NCBI GenBank assembly: GCA_965198175.1
Contig: OZ240245.1
Coordinates: forward strand, 1,760,001-1,824,000
Length of the DNA stretch: 64,000 nucleotides
Direction: 5' to 3'
From: Candidatus Poribacteria bacterium
GTDB taxonomy: Bacteria > Poribacteria > WGA-4E > PCPOR2b
Within the stretch, counting starts at the first letter, position 1; every line of letters begins with the position of its first letter. Under the pieces are notes generated by a model, which was not told where the DNA came from, made no database searches, and saw only the letters and a program-made list of their open reading frames with translations. Shown here piece by piece: positions 30,664 to 40,978 of this stretch. Both the position numbers and the translations under genes were made by a program.

Positions 30664-31777
30664 ACACTTCATTGGCGAGCATCAGCCCCTGACCGGTAAG
30701 TCGCAGAGAACCGTTTCGCCATTCTAGAAGCTTCAGGTCTGTCCACTTCTCTATGATTTCGCCAAATTCTGCCTCAATTGGCTCGCCATACCGGCGCTGA
30801 TAGCTGTTGCACTGGATTCCTTCCCGCTTTCGCAGACCCAACATAACGGTTTCAGCCTTTTCGTCTCGACCGGTGAATCTCTCTGAATACGCAATCGGCT
30901 TCTTGTATTGCGCGAGGCAATCAACATAGTCGGTTATACTGCGAATATTTGAATAACGCACCCCATTGAGATAACCCCATGCGCTAACCCCCAGACCGAT
31001 ACACGGTTCATTGTTCCAGTATACCAGATTGTGCCCGGCTGCATGGCTCGGCTTCGCAAAATTGGAGATTTCGTAGTGTTCATAGCCCACATGGGTCAAC
31101 ATCTCAATTGCAAGTTCATACATATCAGCTTCAAGCTCATTTGAGGGAAGTTTCAGTTTCTCCGCTTGCCGCCACTCGTAGAAGACCGTTCCTTCTTCCA
31201 ATACCAAGTTATATGTTGAAATGTGCTCGGGCTGAAACGCAATCACCGCTTGCAAGGAGGATTTCCACTGCGCAATGGTTTGGTTTGGCAGGGCAAAAAT
31301 CAGATCGATGTTGATGTTATCAAATCCGGATTCACGCGCTAGTTGATAGCTTTGAACCACATCGCTGACTTTGTGGATACGCCCAATTTGGCGCAAGATT
31401 GTGTTATCCATCGCTTGCACGCCGAAACTCAACCGATTGATGCCAGCAGAACGCATCACCTGTAACTTTTCTCGACTCACCGTACCGGGATTACACTCAA
31501 CCGAGATTTCTGCGTCAGGGCAGATTTGGAAATAGGATTGGAGTTCAGTAAATAGGCGATCTAAAGTCCCTGCGGAAAGGATTGAAGGCGTGCCGCCTCC
31601 AAAGAAAATTGTCTTTAATGACGGGCCGGCACCTGCATAAAGCACCATCTCTGTAGATAGGGCGTTGAGATAAGATTGTGCCTGTTCATTATGGAAGGCG
31701 TGAGTATTGAAGGCACAATAGTAGCAGTTCGTGGTGCAGAAAGGGATATGAATATATAATGATAAAGGATGTGTCAT
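30647..31777 (-). CDS. hemW: Radical SAM heme chaperone HemW
   Basis: LYIHIPFCTTNCYYCAF, FGGGTPS, HYEISNFA, HNLVYW. Start set to ATG 31777. Confidence 0.9.
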   Translation of the reverse strand: MTHPLSLYIHIPFCTTNCYYCAFNTHAFHNEQAQSYLNALSTEMVLYAGAGPSLKTIFFGGGTPSILSAGTLDRLFTELQSYFQICPDAEISVECNPGTVSREKLQVMRSAGINRLSFGVQAMDNTILRQIGRIHKVSDVVQSYQLARESGFDNINIDLIFALPNQTIAQWKSSLQAVIAFQPEHISTYNLVLEEGTVFYEWRQAEKLKLPSNELEADMYELAIEMLTHVGYEHYEISNFAKPSHAAGHNLVYWNNEPCIGLGVSAWGYLNGVRYSNIRSITDYVDCLAQYKKPIAYSERFTGRDEKAETVMLGLRKREGIQCNSYQRRYGEPIEAEFGEIIEKWTDLKLLEWRNGSLRLTGQGLMLANEVFMDFL

Positions 31778-31811
31778 AGCTTGTTCGGGGGAATTCAACG
31801 CTCTCGTTTTT

Positions 31812-32176
31812 TCACTCTTCATCCTCATCAAATTCGGGATGGCGGTCACGTTGCAGGTGAAGATGGAGTAGGTTGGGCACGTTGCGATCACAACCGGTGG
31901 GAGGAACCCGGCGCCCGCCAATTCGAGCCCCACTCCAGAATTCTTGGCAGCCTTCTAAGACCTCAATTTGCAAACTGGGGTGGACTAAACCGGAGTCAAC
32001 AATCTCCGGTGGGATTGCTTAGAATGCTGCGGGAGTTTTGGGCTCCATTGTACGTTTGTGGGGTAGTCTTCCACAACAGGGGATGTGCTTCCGCAGCCGA
32101 GGGTTAAAGCGATTATCGCAAAACATACGCATTGCCGCAAGTCTGTCTTGAACACCTGAAGCACCTGAAAAATCAC
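31812..32176 (-). pseudogene. Possible frameshifted small lipoprotein
   Basis: Lipobox LTLGC in ORF 31985-32176. A shifted frame from about 32017 reads IPPEIVDSGLVHP...HPEFDEDEE* and ends just before hemW. Confidence 0.35.
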
Positions 32177-32261
32177 CCCCTTAAGTTTGAGGATGTTGAT
32201 TCACGAAGCGTTATACGACTCTGTAAGAATAACCTCAACCTATATCATCAGCAGCATATTT

Positions 32262-33251
32262 TTACCGGAGATGGTCTATATAATCTTTGGCAGCTTTTAA
32301 TCCAGCACCTGTGTGCTTCACAACTCGTTGCATCGCCTGAACCCTCTTTCCTTGGTTCAGCAACGATCGAATTTCCTGCTCTTCTGATGCTGATAATTCA
32401 ATCTGTTTTGGGGAAGGATCCTGCGTGTCCACCGATTCCTTTGGTTTGTTGAGACAGCATTTTTTATATTTTTTGCCGCTTCCGCATGGACAAGGTTCAT
32501 TTCTCCCGACTTTATCCTTCTTTCTGGTCTCTTGCGGCGAAACAACCGCTTTTAAACCAGGGAAAAACCGGTCTGCCAATGTTGGGTAATTAGCAGGGGT
32601 AGATCTACGGCTTCTTAATCCCAATTCGATTTCTACATCTTCGATATCGCCATAGACTGCGTAGTCCACACAGTCTTCCTCATAAGCTTTTCGTATGCTT
32701 GATATGGATTCCACTGCTTTCAGATCGATCATGTGAGCAATCAAGAGTGCATTGAAGTCGGGAGCTTGCTCCGTAAACCGGCCCAATTGCCGCGTCAGAA
32801 TGGAAACACATTCTTCCCGCGCCGCTGGGATTGTGTCACCGATACGCTCTAGACCGTGAGCCGCACTAAGACGTGGATAGATGCCGTGAGAAGAATCCGC
32901 TAGATACATAGCGAGCGCAGGTATTGCCTTGACACCAATCATGCCGTAAACTATGGGAAGCTCTTCACCTACCCAGTCATTCTCTTCTAATTCATGGAAC
33001 AAGCTCATCAACGGTTCAATCGCTTCTTCCGCTCGCAATTGCCCAAGAGTCCGCCAGGCATGCACAGGCGCCCATACTTCCAGACCGTCTGAGTCCGCCC
33101 AATTCAGCTCTTCGTCTGTAGCCATTCGAATCAATTCAGGAATGTGGTCTCGGGTGAGTCCGAGTTCCAGATAGTTTGGCCATTCCTGAGACTCACGACA
33201 ATCGCCATAAGTCAATAATTGGTTTACGGGGGATGTGTAGGTCGAATTCAT
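32262..33251 (-). CDS. DUF1186/HEAT-like protein with SEC-C motif and L7/L12-like C-terminal helix pair
   Basis: [48 protein letters not shown]...[13 protein letters not shown]. Confidence 0.8.
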   Translation of the reverse strand: MNSTYTSPVNQLLTYGDCRESQEWPNYLELGLTRDHIPELIRMATDEELNWADSDGLEVWAPVHAWRTLGQLRAEEAIEPLMSLFHELEENDWVGEELPIVYGMIGVKAIPALAMYLADSSHGIYPRLSAAHGLERIGDTIPAAREECVSILTRQLGRFTEQAPDFNALLIAHMIDLKAVESISSIRKAYEEDCVDYAVYGDIEDVEIELGLRSRRSTPANYPTLADRFFPGLKAVVSPQETRKKDKVGRNEPCPCGSGKKYKKCCLNKPKESVDTQDPSPKQIELSASEEQEIRSLLNQGKRVQAMQRVVKHTGAGLKAAKDYIDHLR

Positions 33252-33477
33252 CTGTTATTGCCCCACAAGTTATCACAGAACAGCGACAACCTGAAATGGG
33301 CGCTATCGGTGGAGTAGCGTGGTTTATGTTAAGAATTACTTTCCAAGCTAGCCTTGTTTAACGCTCTAAGGCTGCGGAGGAAAGACGCATCGTGCTTGAA
33401 CCTCCTACCATAAGTGCTTCAATCGCCCTGTTCTGGCGGATGAAAGAAGATAGATTTATCGTGAGGTGCTCGCCAAT

Positions 33478-34578
33478 TCACTGCACGATTTGGCGAGCTT
33501 TCCCCATCGTGATCCATTCTGTTTCCGGCGTTGTCGGTCGCAGTCGATAACGCAACTTTGCCTCAATTTGTGCTTGGCTGCCAATCTCATAGGTGAACTG
33601 CCGAGTTGCGCCCGGCTGTATGCGGTTATCGCTTCCACCTTCCCCCGACGTGCCGGAAATTGAAATTTGTTCATGGCAGATCACTGAGCCACCAGATTCG
33701 TAGATTTTCACATCAAGGAGAAGGTTGCGCGTCCACCCACCGGGGAGAACATGCCCTGACTTGTTGGTGATGTGAATCATCGCTTTACTCTTGGCGAAGG
33801 TAATTTCCAGATTCGCCGCGCTTTTTAGCATGTCAACGCTGCGACTCGCAATCCAGGTGTGACGCCCGCCTGGGATTGGCTCGTTACTCCGAAGGCTTTG
33901 TAATCGTTTAATGGCAGGCATGTGACAGGTCGCGCAGTGTTTACCTGCTTTTGCGGCGGGGCTATGCTTAAAGCTAGCCAGTTGATTGTATTCAGGAACA
34001 CTAGGCTGACCGTGACAGGTACCACAAAGTTCAGTAGGGTTCTGGTGAGCTTCATCGGTGATGTTGGCATGTACGAGAGCGTCAATGCTTGCCGGGGGAC
34101 CGTGCATCCCGCCCTTTGCATCTACATGACACACGAGGCAGGACACGCCAGAGCCTCGATCCGTCTCCCGCAACTTCGGCATCTTTTCGATTCCGGTAAT
34201 CAAAATCGGTTGAGGTGCATGGCATGGATCGCAGCTTTTTTCCCGATCAGGGATTCTTCCCGCAGTTTCTTGATAAATTGGATCCTTCCATGCCTGTGCA
34301 TGCCTAGATTTCTCCCACTCCCGCCAGATTGCCGGATGACAATTCCTGCACCTGCCTCTTTTGAATTCTTCATGAATACCATCGTACGCGAAATAGGCGC
34401 TACCGAGTTGTCGATCCGCATCCTCCCCGGTCCCGTTCGATTGTTGTGCGTTTGTAACAAATATCGGAGAGACACAAATCAGGATTATTAAGTTAATCAA
34501 TGTAACAGATGATGCGCATTGCTGTGTCCTCAAAGTATGAAACGCGAAAGGTGGAATAAGTCTTTTTCTCTCTCCCAT
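33478..34578 (-). CDS. Multiheme (5 x CxxCH) c-type cytochrome, c554/c552-like
   Basis: CRNCH, CDPCH, CLVCH, CGTCH, CATCH; W..S.HA motif; hydrophobic N-terminal segment. Start uncertain. Confidence 0.85.
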   Translation of the reverse strand: MGERKRLIPPFAFHTLRTQQCASSVTLINLIILICVSPIFVTNAQQSNGTGEDADRQLGSAYFAYDGIHEEFKRGRCRNCHPAIWREWEKSRHAQAWKDPIYQETAGRIPDREKSCDPCHAPQPILITGIEKMPKLRETDRGSGVSCLVCHVDAKGGMHGPPASIDALVHANITDEAHQNPTELCGTCHGQPSVPEYNQLASFKHSPAAKAGKHCATCHMPAIKRLQSLRSNEPIPGGRHTWIASRSVDMLKSAANLEITFAKSKAMIHITNKSGHVLPGGWTRNLLLDVKIYESGGSVICHEQISISGTSGEGGSDNRIQPGATRQFTYEIGSQAQIEAKLRYRLRPTTPETEWITMGKARQIVQ

Positions 34579-34779
34579 TGTCCCCAACACCTTAGTCCTA
34601 TAGCTTGCTAAACTAAACTCGCTGGCAATAGAATCAATGGAAGACCCGTTAATTGAGCGTAACGCCTTCCTATAATACGTGCCTAGCCTTTCCCTTGGAA
34701 ACCAACTGAAATGACCGGCTTTCGAGTCATTAGAAGCGGATGGAGCAAGCATACTTCGGTATTCACCGTATATTATATC

Positions 34780-36246
34780 TTAATCAACGACTCCCTTGGT
34801 ATGATCTGACGTGAGGTATTGCAACAGATCATACGCAGCTTGTTCTCCGCTATGGATGCAATCCGGAATGCCGATACCTTGGTAGGCGTTACCAGCAAGT
34901 GCAAGTCCGGGGAGTCTTTTCACTTGCGCTTTAATCTTCGCCGCTTTGTCCAGATGACCCAAATGATACTGTGCCATTGCGTCATTGTGTTTGCTCACGA
35001 TCGCCAGCGTTGGTTCCCCGTTAAATCCGAGCAGTTCCCGCAAATCCTCAAGGACTGATTCAACCATTTCGGATTCTGATTGGAGAAAGTAATTCGGTTG
35101 CAGCGCGCCTCCTACAAATGCCCTCAGAAGCACGCCATCCGCGGGTGCACGTCCGGAAAACTTGACACTGCTGAATGTACATCCCAAGATTGATCGTCCT
35201 TCGATGGCCGGAACGACAAAACCCGTACCATTTAGTGGATGTTCAATTTCTTTTCGGTGAAACGCCAGGTTGACTGCAGCAGAGGAGACGTAAGGAATGG
35301 AGGCGAGAAGGTCTGAAAGGTTGGGAACAACAGTTTTGATAAGCGTCGCGGCTCGCGGAGCGGGCAGCGCAATACAGACGAGATCTGCGTTCATGTTCTC
35401 CTGATTATTGAGATGGATACACCAGCCATCTCTGCTAACAAGCTGTTCAATCCGATTGACTTCTGCCCCAAGCTGTATAGAATCGTCAGGCAAACGCTCA
35501 ACAAGGGCGTCAATCAGCGTTTGCATCCCAGATTCAAGGGAAAGAAACAAGCTGTAGCGAGGACCGCTCGTACCGCTGATTTCTGCCTTGGATTGTTTCT
35601 TTGTCCCAATCAACGCTTTGATGATGCTTCCGTACTCTTGCTCCATCTCAAGGAATTGGGGCAACGTCGCTTTCAAACTCAGATGCTTTGCATCCCCTGT
35701 ATAAACTCCACCTATCATCGGTTGCGCTATCCGTGTGAATGCCTCTGTTCCCAATCGACGCTTGACGAAATGTTCTACGGACTCCTCTTGACCGTCCCGA
35801 CGACGCGGGATGCACAAATCCATCGCCATTCGCACCTTCCCTCTCCAAGTGAAAATTGGCGACTTTACAAATGGCAGAATCGACGCGGGTGCCATCATGT
35901 AAAAGCCTTCAGGAACGGGATGCAGCACGTCTTTGTGGAGGATAAAGCTGCGTCTTTGTTTCGGGTTCGTGCCAATAAGTTTATCGCCGATTCCAAGTTC
36001 TTCACACAACGCTTTCGCCCACGGCTTAGTGGAAATAAAGGCATCAGGACCGTGTTCGACGATGAAACCATCTTGTTTTGAGGTCTGGACAACGCCTCCG
36101 ACCCGATCACTCGCTTCCAACAGTTTAACATCAAGTGGAATGCCACGCTTATGGGATTCGGTACTCAAGCGGTTACAAGTCGCCAGTCCAGTGACGCCAC
36201 CGCCGATAACGACAGCTTGCCACACGTTGCCTCGCTTTACTGCCAT
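34780..36246 (-). CDS. hemY: Protoporphyrinogen/coproporphyrinogen oxidase (HemY type)
   Basis: IGGGVTGL, EASDRVGG, EHGPDAF, AMAQY.LGH, GIGIPDCI. Confidence 0.93.
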   Translation of the reverse strand: MAVKRGNVWQAVVIGGGVTGLATCNRLSTESHKRGIPLDVKLLEASDRVGGVVQTSKQDGFIVEHGPDAFISTKPWAKALCEELGIGDKLIGTNPKQRRSFILHKDVLHPVPEGFYMMAPASILPFVKSPIFTWRGKVRMAMDLCIPRRRDGQEESVEHFVKRRLGTEAFTRIAQPMIGGVYTGDAKHLSLKATLPQFLEMEQEYGSIIKALIGTKKQSKAEISGTSGPRYSLFLSLESGMQTLIDALVERLPDDSIQLGAEVNRIEQLVSRDGWCIHLNNQENMNADLVCIALPAPRAATLIKTVVPNLSDLLASIPYVSSAAVNLAFHRKEIEHPLNGTGFVVPAIEGRSILGCTFSSVKFSGRAPADGVLLRAFVGGALQPNYFLQSESEMVESVLEDLRELLGFNGEPTLAIVSKHNDAMAQYHLGHLDKAAKIKAQVKRLPGLALAGNAYQGIGIPDCIHSGEQAAYDLLQYLTSDHTKGVVD

Positions 36247-36324
36247 TGAATTTCTCCGTAACCACCGAACTGTTTTGCCTTTTGAAAAGGCGGCAAATCG
36301 TTTCCTAATCCCATATCTTGAGAC

Positions 36325-37110
36325 CTAACCCACATCACACCGGTGAAACGCCGCTCTTAACCCTTCAATCGGATTGCCTTTGGCGATAAATTCGTGACCA
36401 ACATAGAGGTCGTAGCCGGATTCTTCGATGGCTTGTATCACAGCCCGGCAGTTAATCTCCTGTGTTTCGTCCATATCCCCCCTGCCTGGATTACCGGCGA
36501 TGTGGAAGTGTCCAATATACTGGATGTTCTCCTTAATATTGCGGATGAGATCCCCCTCCATAATTTGCATATGATAGATGTCAAAGAGAAGCTTCATCCG
36601 AGGTGAGTTCACACGCTCACACACCGCTATGCCCCATTCGACATGATCGCACTGGTAACCGGGACAATCGATTTTACTATTGAGCAGTTCCAAGCAGAGG
36701 TTCACCTCTTTTTCTTCTGCAACGCCGATAATCCGGCTCAATCCTTCCACGGTGATATCAATTCCTTCTGCATCGGAAATGTCGTTGTACCGGTTACCGG
36801 CAAAGCAGATTACGCTGGGAACATCGTTTGCAGCGGCGAGCTCAATGTATTCGATAAGCTCTTGACCGAGCCAACCGTGGTTTTCGCGTCTGTTTAGCCC
36901 GATTGAGTGCACTGGCTGCCCCGATCGGAGTCCTGACCGGTAGATAATCGCAATCTGGAGTCCCAGCGATCTCGCCAACGACCAATATTTTTGATCGATC
37001 ATCTCGACCGCTGACAGACCAATCTCGGCTGCGCCTCTGATAAATTGATCGGGGGTAGTACCGTTTCGAATAAAACACCATGCAGCTGCGGATTGCTTGA
37101 CTTTCGTCAT
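36325..37110 (-). CDS. Hydroxypyruvate isomerase family TIM-barrel protein
   Basis: LELLNSKID, LLFDIYHMQIMEGD, HIAGNPGR, GHEF. Confidence 0.88.
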   Translation of the reverse strand: MTKVKQSAAAWCFIRNGTTPDQFIRGAAEIGLSAVEMIDQKYWSLARSLGLQIAIIYRSGLRSGQPVHSIGLNRRENHGWLGQELIEYIELAAANDVPSVICFAGNRYNDISDAEGIDITVEGLSRIIGVAEEKEVNLCLELLNSKIDCPGYQCDHVEWGIAVCERVNSPRMKLLFDIYHMQIMEGDLIRNIKENIQYIGHFHIAGNPGRGDMDETQEINCRAVIQAIEESGYDLYVGHEFIAKGNPIEGLRAAFHRCDVG

Positions 37111-37152
37111 CTTGCTCTCTTCTCTGCTTAACAGCACCGGTATTCTTCAGCT

Positions 37153-38382
37153 TTATCTGAACGCTCTCCACCTCCAGGTTGGGGTGTCCGAATAGTTAAA
37201 CTTGATTTTATCGCCCGGCTCCAAGAGAAATGTCTGACCAGCGGAAAGTCCAGCTGCCAGAGTCTGCGCGTTGCCCCCGGCATCAACAATCGTCCAATCT
37301 AAAACCTGTCCAGGTGTTAGAATGAAAACTTGTACCAGATAGGCGGAAGTGTTTACGAGATATGTTCCTGAAGCGGGTACCGCTGGAGTGGAAACGTTAA
37401 AACCGACAGGCTCATTTTGTATGATTCGATTGGTGGGAATCTTCGCCTTATTTGTGATGCCGTGCGGTAGGTTCCAGACAGATACTGTGTTGTCTCTCGC
37501 TTCCGCTTCAAAAATGATGTCATTCCCAGGTGCTCGACTTCCATGGAACGCGAATTCAAAACGGTTATTTTGGGCGAAGATATCCGCCCCAATTGCACCC
37601 GCTGAAGGTTCAAACACTTCTGGGGTCGTGAACTTTTTCGTCTCTTCATCAAAATACACACCCGTGGGCGCATGCAGAGACGAAAAAAAACGATTATGGG
37701 AAATTTTACTAGATCCAGGGTCCCCTATGCGGAAGCCAATGGCGTCCTCGGTAGCATGGCATTGGTTGGTAAACATTACCTGTAACCAATTGTTGCTAAA
37801 AGCCCCCTTCCCCGAACCGTCGTCTCGTATATAGACTCCTTTGCTAAAGGTGTTTGTTTCTTCAGCGAAAATCTTACTATTAATAATTGGTCCTTCGGAA
37901 GTGTCGATTAATATGCCAGTCCCACGTGAGCATGCCGCTGAAAAATCAAACACGCTGGCGGTGATTACAACAAAATCATCAGGACCGGGGGTTTCAGGCT
38001 TAAAACGGACTGCAGCGCCATCGGAGGCGCTGGCAATGAGACCAAACTTGTACCTGCAGTTCATTTGGCTGTCGATGTGAATCGCATCCCCGGAGCTTTT
38101 TGGATATGATAGGACGTAATTACCGCCATCCAATCGGAAATCCTGGCTCCAGGGAACTTTCAACGTTTCATCAAGCGTATAAACGTTGAGGTTCACGCCT
38201 TCTCCTTCATGCATACCGCCTCGACCTCCGTAGATATAGACATCTCTACAGTTGTCATGCGCGTAGTCTATGGCCTCTTGAAGGCCGCTCGTTTTGGTAC
38301 CCGGTGTGTTCGGCCCAAAATCGCCGCCGTCATCCGGTCCTTCAAGTGTCACAAAGACATAAGGTTTGCGCCTTTCGTTCAT
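37153..38382 (-). CDS. Hypothetical protein, probable beta-helix fold with small C-terminal beta domain
   Basis: 409-aa ORF with GGAGG RBS; TSGLQEAIDYA cap motif; Gly/Asn-rich strands; ends LEPGDKI..YS.TPTWRW. Confidence 0.6.
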   Translation of the reverse strand: MNERRKPYVFVTLEGPDDGGDFGPNTPGTKTSGLQEAIDYAHDNCRDVYIYGGRGGMHEGEGVNLNVYTLDETLKVPWSQDFRLDGGNYVLSYPKSSGDAIHIDSQMNCRYKFGLIASASDGAAVRFKPETPGPDDFVVITASVFDFSAACSRGTGILIDTSEGPIINSKIFAEETNTFSKGVYIRDDGSGKGAFSNNWLQVMFTNQCHATEDAIGFRIGDPGSSKISHNRFFSSLHAPTGVYFDEETKKFTTPEVFEPSAGAIGADIFAQNNRFEFAFHGSRAPGNDIIFEAEARDNTVSVWNLPHGITNKAKIPTNRIIQNEPVGFNVSTPAVPASGTYLVNTSAYLVQVFILTPGQVLDWTIVDAGGNAQTLAAGLSAGQTFLLEPGDKIKFNYSDTPTWRWRAFR

Positions 38383-38404
38383 TTTGTTACCTCCATGTTT
38401 TTTG

Positions 38405-39370
38405 TTAAATCATATTGCATCTTTTGCATACAAGTTCTGCCAGCATGTTGATAAATTGGGGATGATCGCCGACTGTCCTGGCGCGAATAAAATGGATTCC
38501 ACATTCGTCGGCAGTCGATTTGGCTTCTATGTCGAGGTCGTAGAGCACCTCGACGTGATCACACAGGAATCCAATCGGAGACACAATAACGTCATGAACT
38601 CCTAATTGTTTTTTCTCTCGAATTAGGTCATTGATATCGGGCTGCGTCCAAGGAATGTTTGTATTTTCGGCTTGACTCTGATATGCGAGATTGTAATCCT
38701 TCTTACCGATTAGGGTAGCTACAGCCTTCGCAGTTTCATCGAACTGCTGGGCGTATGGCGAGGTTTTCGCGACAGATTGTGGGACAGCATGCGCGGTAAA
38801 AATTAAGGACGCCTTATCGCGGCGGTCTTTTGCCAGATTCTTGCTGGCAACATCAATCTGATTGGTGATGGCGCGAATGTAGCCCGGATTCGTGTACCAG
38901 GGAACTAAGTAGCTTATTGTTGGCTGCTCCACATCTAACGCCTCTATCGCTTCGTTCACTGTTTGCTGATACCAATCCCAACTTACCTTAGACTGATGAG
39001 GTGCCATGATGATGCCCAGTATTCTACGATGCTTTTTTCCGGCCATCGCCGCAATCACTTCGTGAATGTGCGGCATCCAATGCCGAAATCCAGCGTAGAC
39101 GGGCAAATCAGCTCCCCTGTTCTTCAAATTCGATTCAATCGCCTCAGCTTGTTTGAAGGTGAGTTCGTTAAAAGGAGAAAAACCACCGAGCGCGACGTAG
39201 TGGCTGGTAACTTCTCTGAGCCGCTCCGATCGAGACGCCGCTGTACCGACAATTCCCTCGACGAAACAGTACGCTTCCCCCGGGCAGGCGTCATATTTAT
39301 GGCAGCAACCGGGTGTTGGACCTCCAAATGCGATTAATAATATACTATCATATCCGTTGACATTGGTCAT
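38405..39370 (-). CDS. hemH: Ferrochelatase
   Basis: FGGP, HY...GGFSP, FTAHAVP, YQSQ, W..PD, PIGFLCDHVEVLYDLD. Confidence 0.93.
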   Translation of the reverse strand: MTNVNGYDSILLIAFGGPTPGCCHKYDACPGEAYCFVEGIVGTAASRSERLREVTSHYVALGGFSPFNELTFKQAEAIESNLKNRGADLPVYAGFRHWMPHIHEVIAAMAGKKHRRILGIIMAPHQSKVSWDWYQQTVNEAIEALDVEQPTISYLVPWYTNPGYIRAITNQIDVASKNLAKDRRDKASLIFTAHAVPQSVAKTSPYAQQFDETAKAVATLIGKKDYNLAYQSQAENTNIPWTQPDINDLIREKKQLGVHDVIVSPIGFLCDHVEVLYDLDIEAKSTADECGIHFIRARTVGDHPQFINMLAELVCKRCNMI

Positions 39371-39484
39371 TCTGTTTGTTGTCTCTTTAGCGCCATACGT
39401 TAAACGCAGCGTGTATTACTACTGATGAATTACTTGCAATTTTCATTGTGTCACATTTAATGGTGTTGGTGCGTAGCCGCGGGT

Positions 39485-40942
39485 TCAAGCGATATTCGCC
39501 AGTTGAGCCGGCATAAACTTCGGATCTGCCGCAATTGCTTTGGCAAAAGTGGCTTTCGCCTGCGTCTCATCACCGTTGGTGCGGTGTGCGAGTCCCACGC
39601 ATAAAAAGGCTTGAGCGAGTTGTGTATTTGTGAGATTCAGATTCAGCGCTCGACGAATATGTCGCAATCCAGGCGCGGGATCGTCTCCATTGCGATGAGC
39701 GGTTGTAATGAGCGACTGACCGATTAAGAGCAGAGCAGGGACATGAGTTGGGTCTAATTCCAATGCCCTTTTTATGGCGTTTTTCGCTTCTGCGAAAAAA
39801 TCTCCTTTTTCCAAGATACTTGATATAATACGGGAACTCCGGTACAGCAATCCGGCAAGTTCCACCCATGTGGCGGGATTGTCGGGATACCGTCGTGTCG
39901 ACTCACGCAGCATCTCAACTGCTAACCCGATGGCGCCGCCTTCCTCCGCTTCTTCAGACGCCTGGCGGTAGCCTTCGTAATTCTCAAGCCCGATTGTTCT
40001 CGCCTCGACTTCAGCTTCATCTGCCGAAGGAATCGCCGATGGTTTCAGATGTTGCCACCCCGGCTCTGGATCGTCAATCAATCCACGATACACACGCAAG
40101 ATTGCGTAACGGGGTGTTCCCCAGACCTCAGCGATTTGGGTAATCCAGTCGGGCAACGCCTCCTCCAGATCTGATAAGAGTTCAGGCAAGCTCATGCCAC
40201 GCTCAACTCGCTCTGCGACTTCCTTGAGGAAATAAGCTTCAATCTGAATCAAGAAATCTATCTCCGCGTCATGTGCCAGGGGTCCATGTCCCGGCAGCAC
40301 ATGTTTCGGCTGATAGGTTCTCAGTTCCCGAATGGTATCTATCCAATCGTGGTTTGCCGTGAGTCCCTCATTCATCACCGGTTGACCAAAGATGGGAAAG
40401 CTGCCCGTCATAATTGTGTCGCCAGAGATGATACAGCCTTCTCTTGGGATACGAACGGCTGTTGCATCATCGGTTTCCGCTTTGCCGAGGTGAATGAGGT
40501 GGAGGGGCTGACTACCGAGATCGATTTCCGTTTCTATTGAGAAGGTCTGATCGGGCAGATAAGGATCATCTCCCAACTCAAATCCGCGTGATTGGAGAAA
40601 CGCTTTTTGACGAGGGGCACGGTTGACGATAAATTCTTTCGTCTTTGCCCTTGAGAGAATCGTTGCTCCCTCGGCGTGGAAGATGAAATTTCCATTGGTG
40701 TGGTCCCAATGGTAGTGCGTATTGATGGTGTAAAGGATTGGTTTTTCGGTTACGGTGCGAACCGCCTGAAGCAAGCGACGTGCCATTGGTTGATTGACCT
40801 GTGTGTCAATCACAGCTACGCCGTTATCGCCGATAACAACGGATGAATTGACAATGTTGCGAAAGAGATAGACACGGTCAGTGACTTTTTCGAGGCTGCC
40901 ATAACCCCTTGGGGCATAGGGATTTTCTCGCGGTGGTGTCAT
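39485..40942 (-). CDS. MBL-fold metallo-hydrolase with C-terminal TPR-like domain
   Basis: THYHWDHTNG (HxHxDH), SGD, PGHG; helical TPR-like tail. Confidence 0.85.
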   Translation of the reverse strand: MTPPRENPYAPRGYGSLEKVTDRVYLFRNIVNSSVVIGDNGVAVIDTQVNQPMARRLLQAVRTVTEKPILYTINTHYHWDHTNGNFIFHAEGATILSRAKTKEFIVNRAPRQKAFLQSRGFELGDDPYLPDQTFSIETEIDLGSQPLHLIHLGKAETDDATAVRIPREGCIISGDTIMTGSFPIFGQPVMNEGLTANHDWIDTIRELRTYQPKHVLPGHGPLAHDAEIDFLIQIEAYFLKEVAERVERGMSLPELLSDLEEALPDWITQIAEVWGTPRYAILRVYRGLIDDPEPGWQHLKPSAIPSADEAEVEARTIGLENYEGYRQASEEAEEGGAIGLAVEMLRESTRRYPDNPATWVELAGLLYRSSRIISSILEKGDFFAEAKNAIKRALELDPTHVPALLLIGQSLITTAHRNGDDPAPGLRHIRRALNLNLTNTQLAQAFLCVGLAHRTNGDETQAKATFAKAIAADPKFMPAQLANIA

Positions 40943-40978
40943 GTGTTTCCCTCAGATTGATGATGGGTTTTTGGCGGT

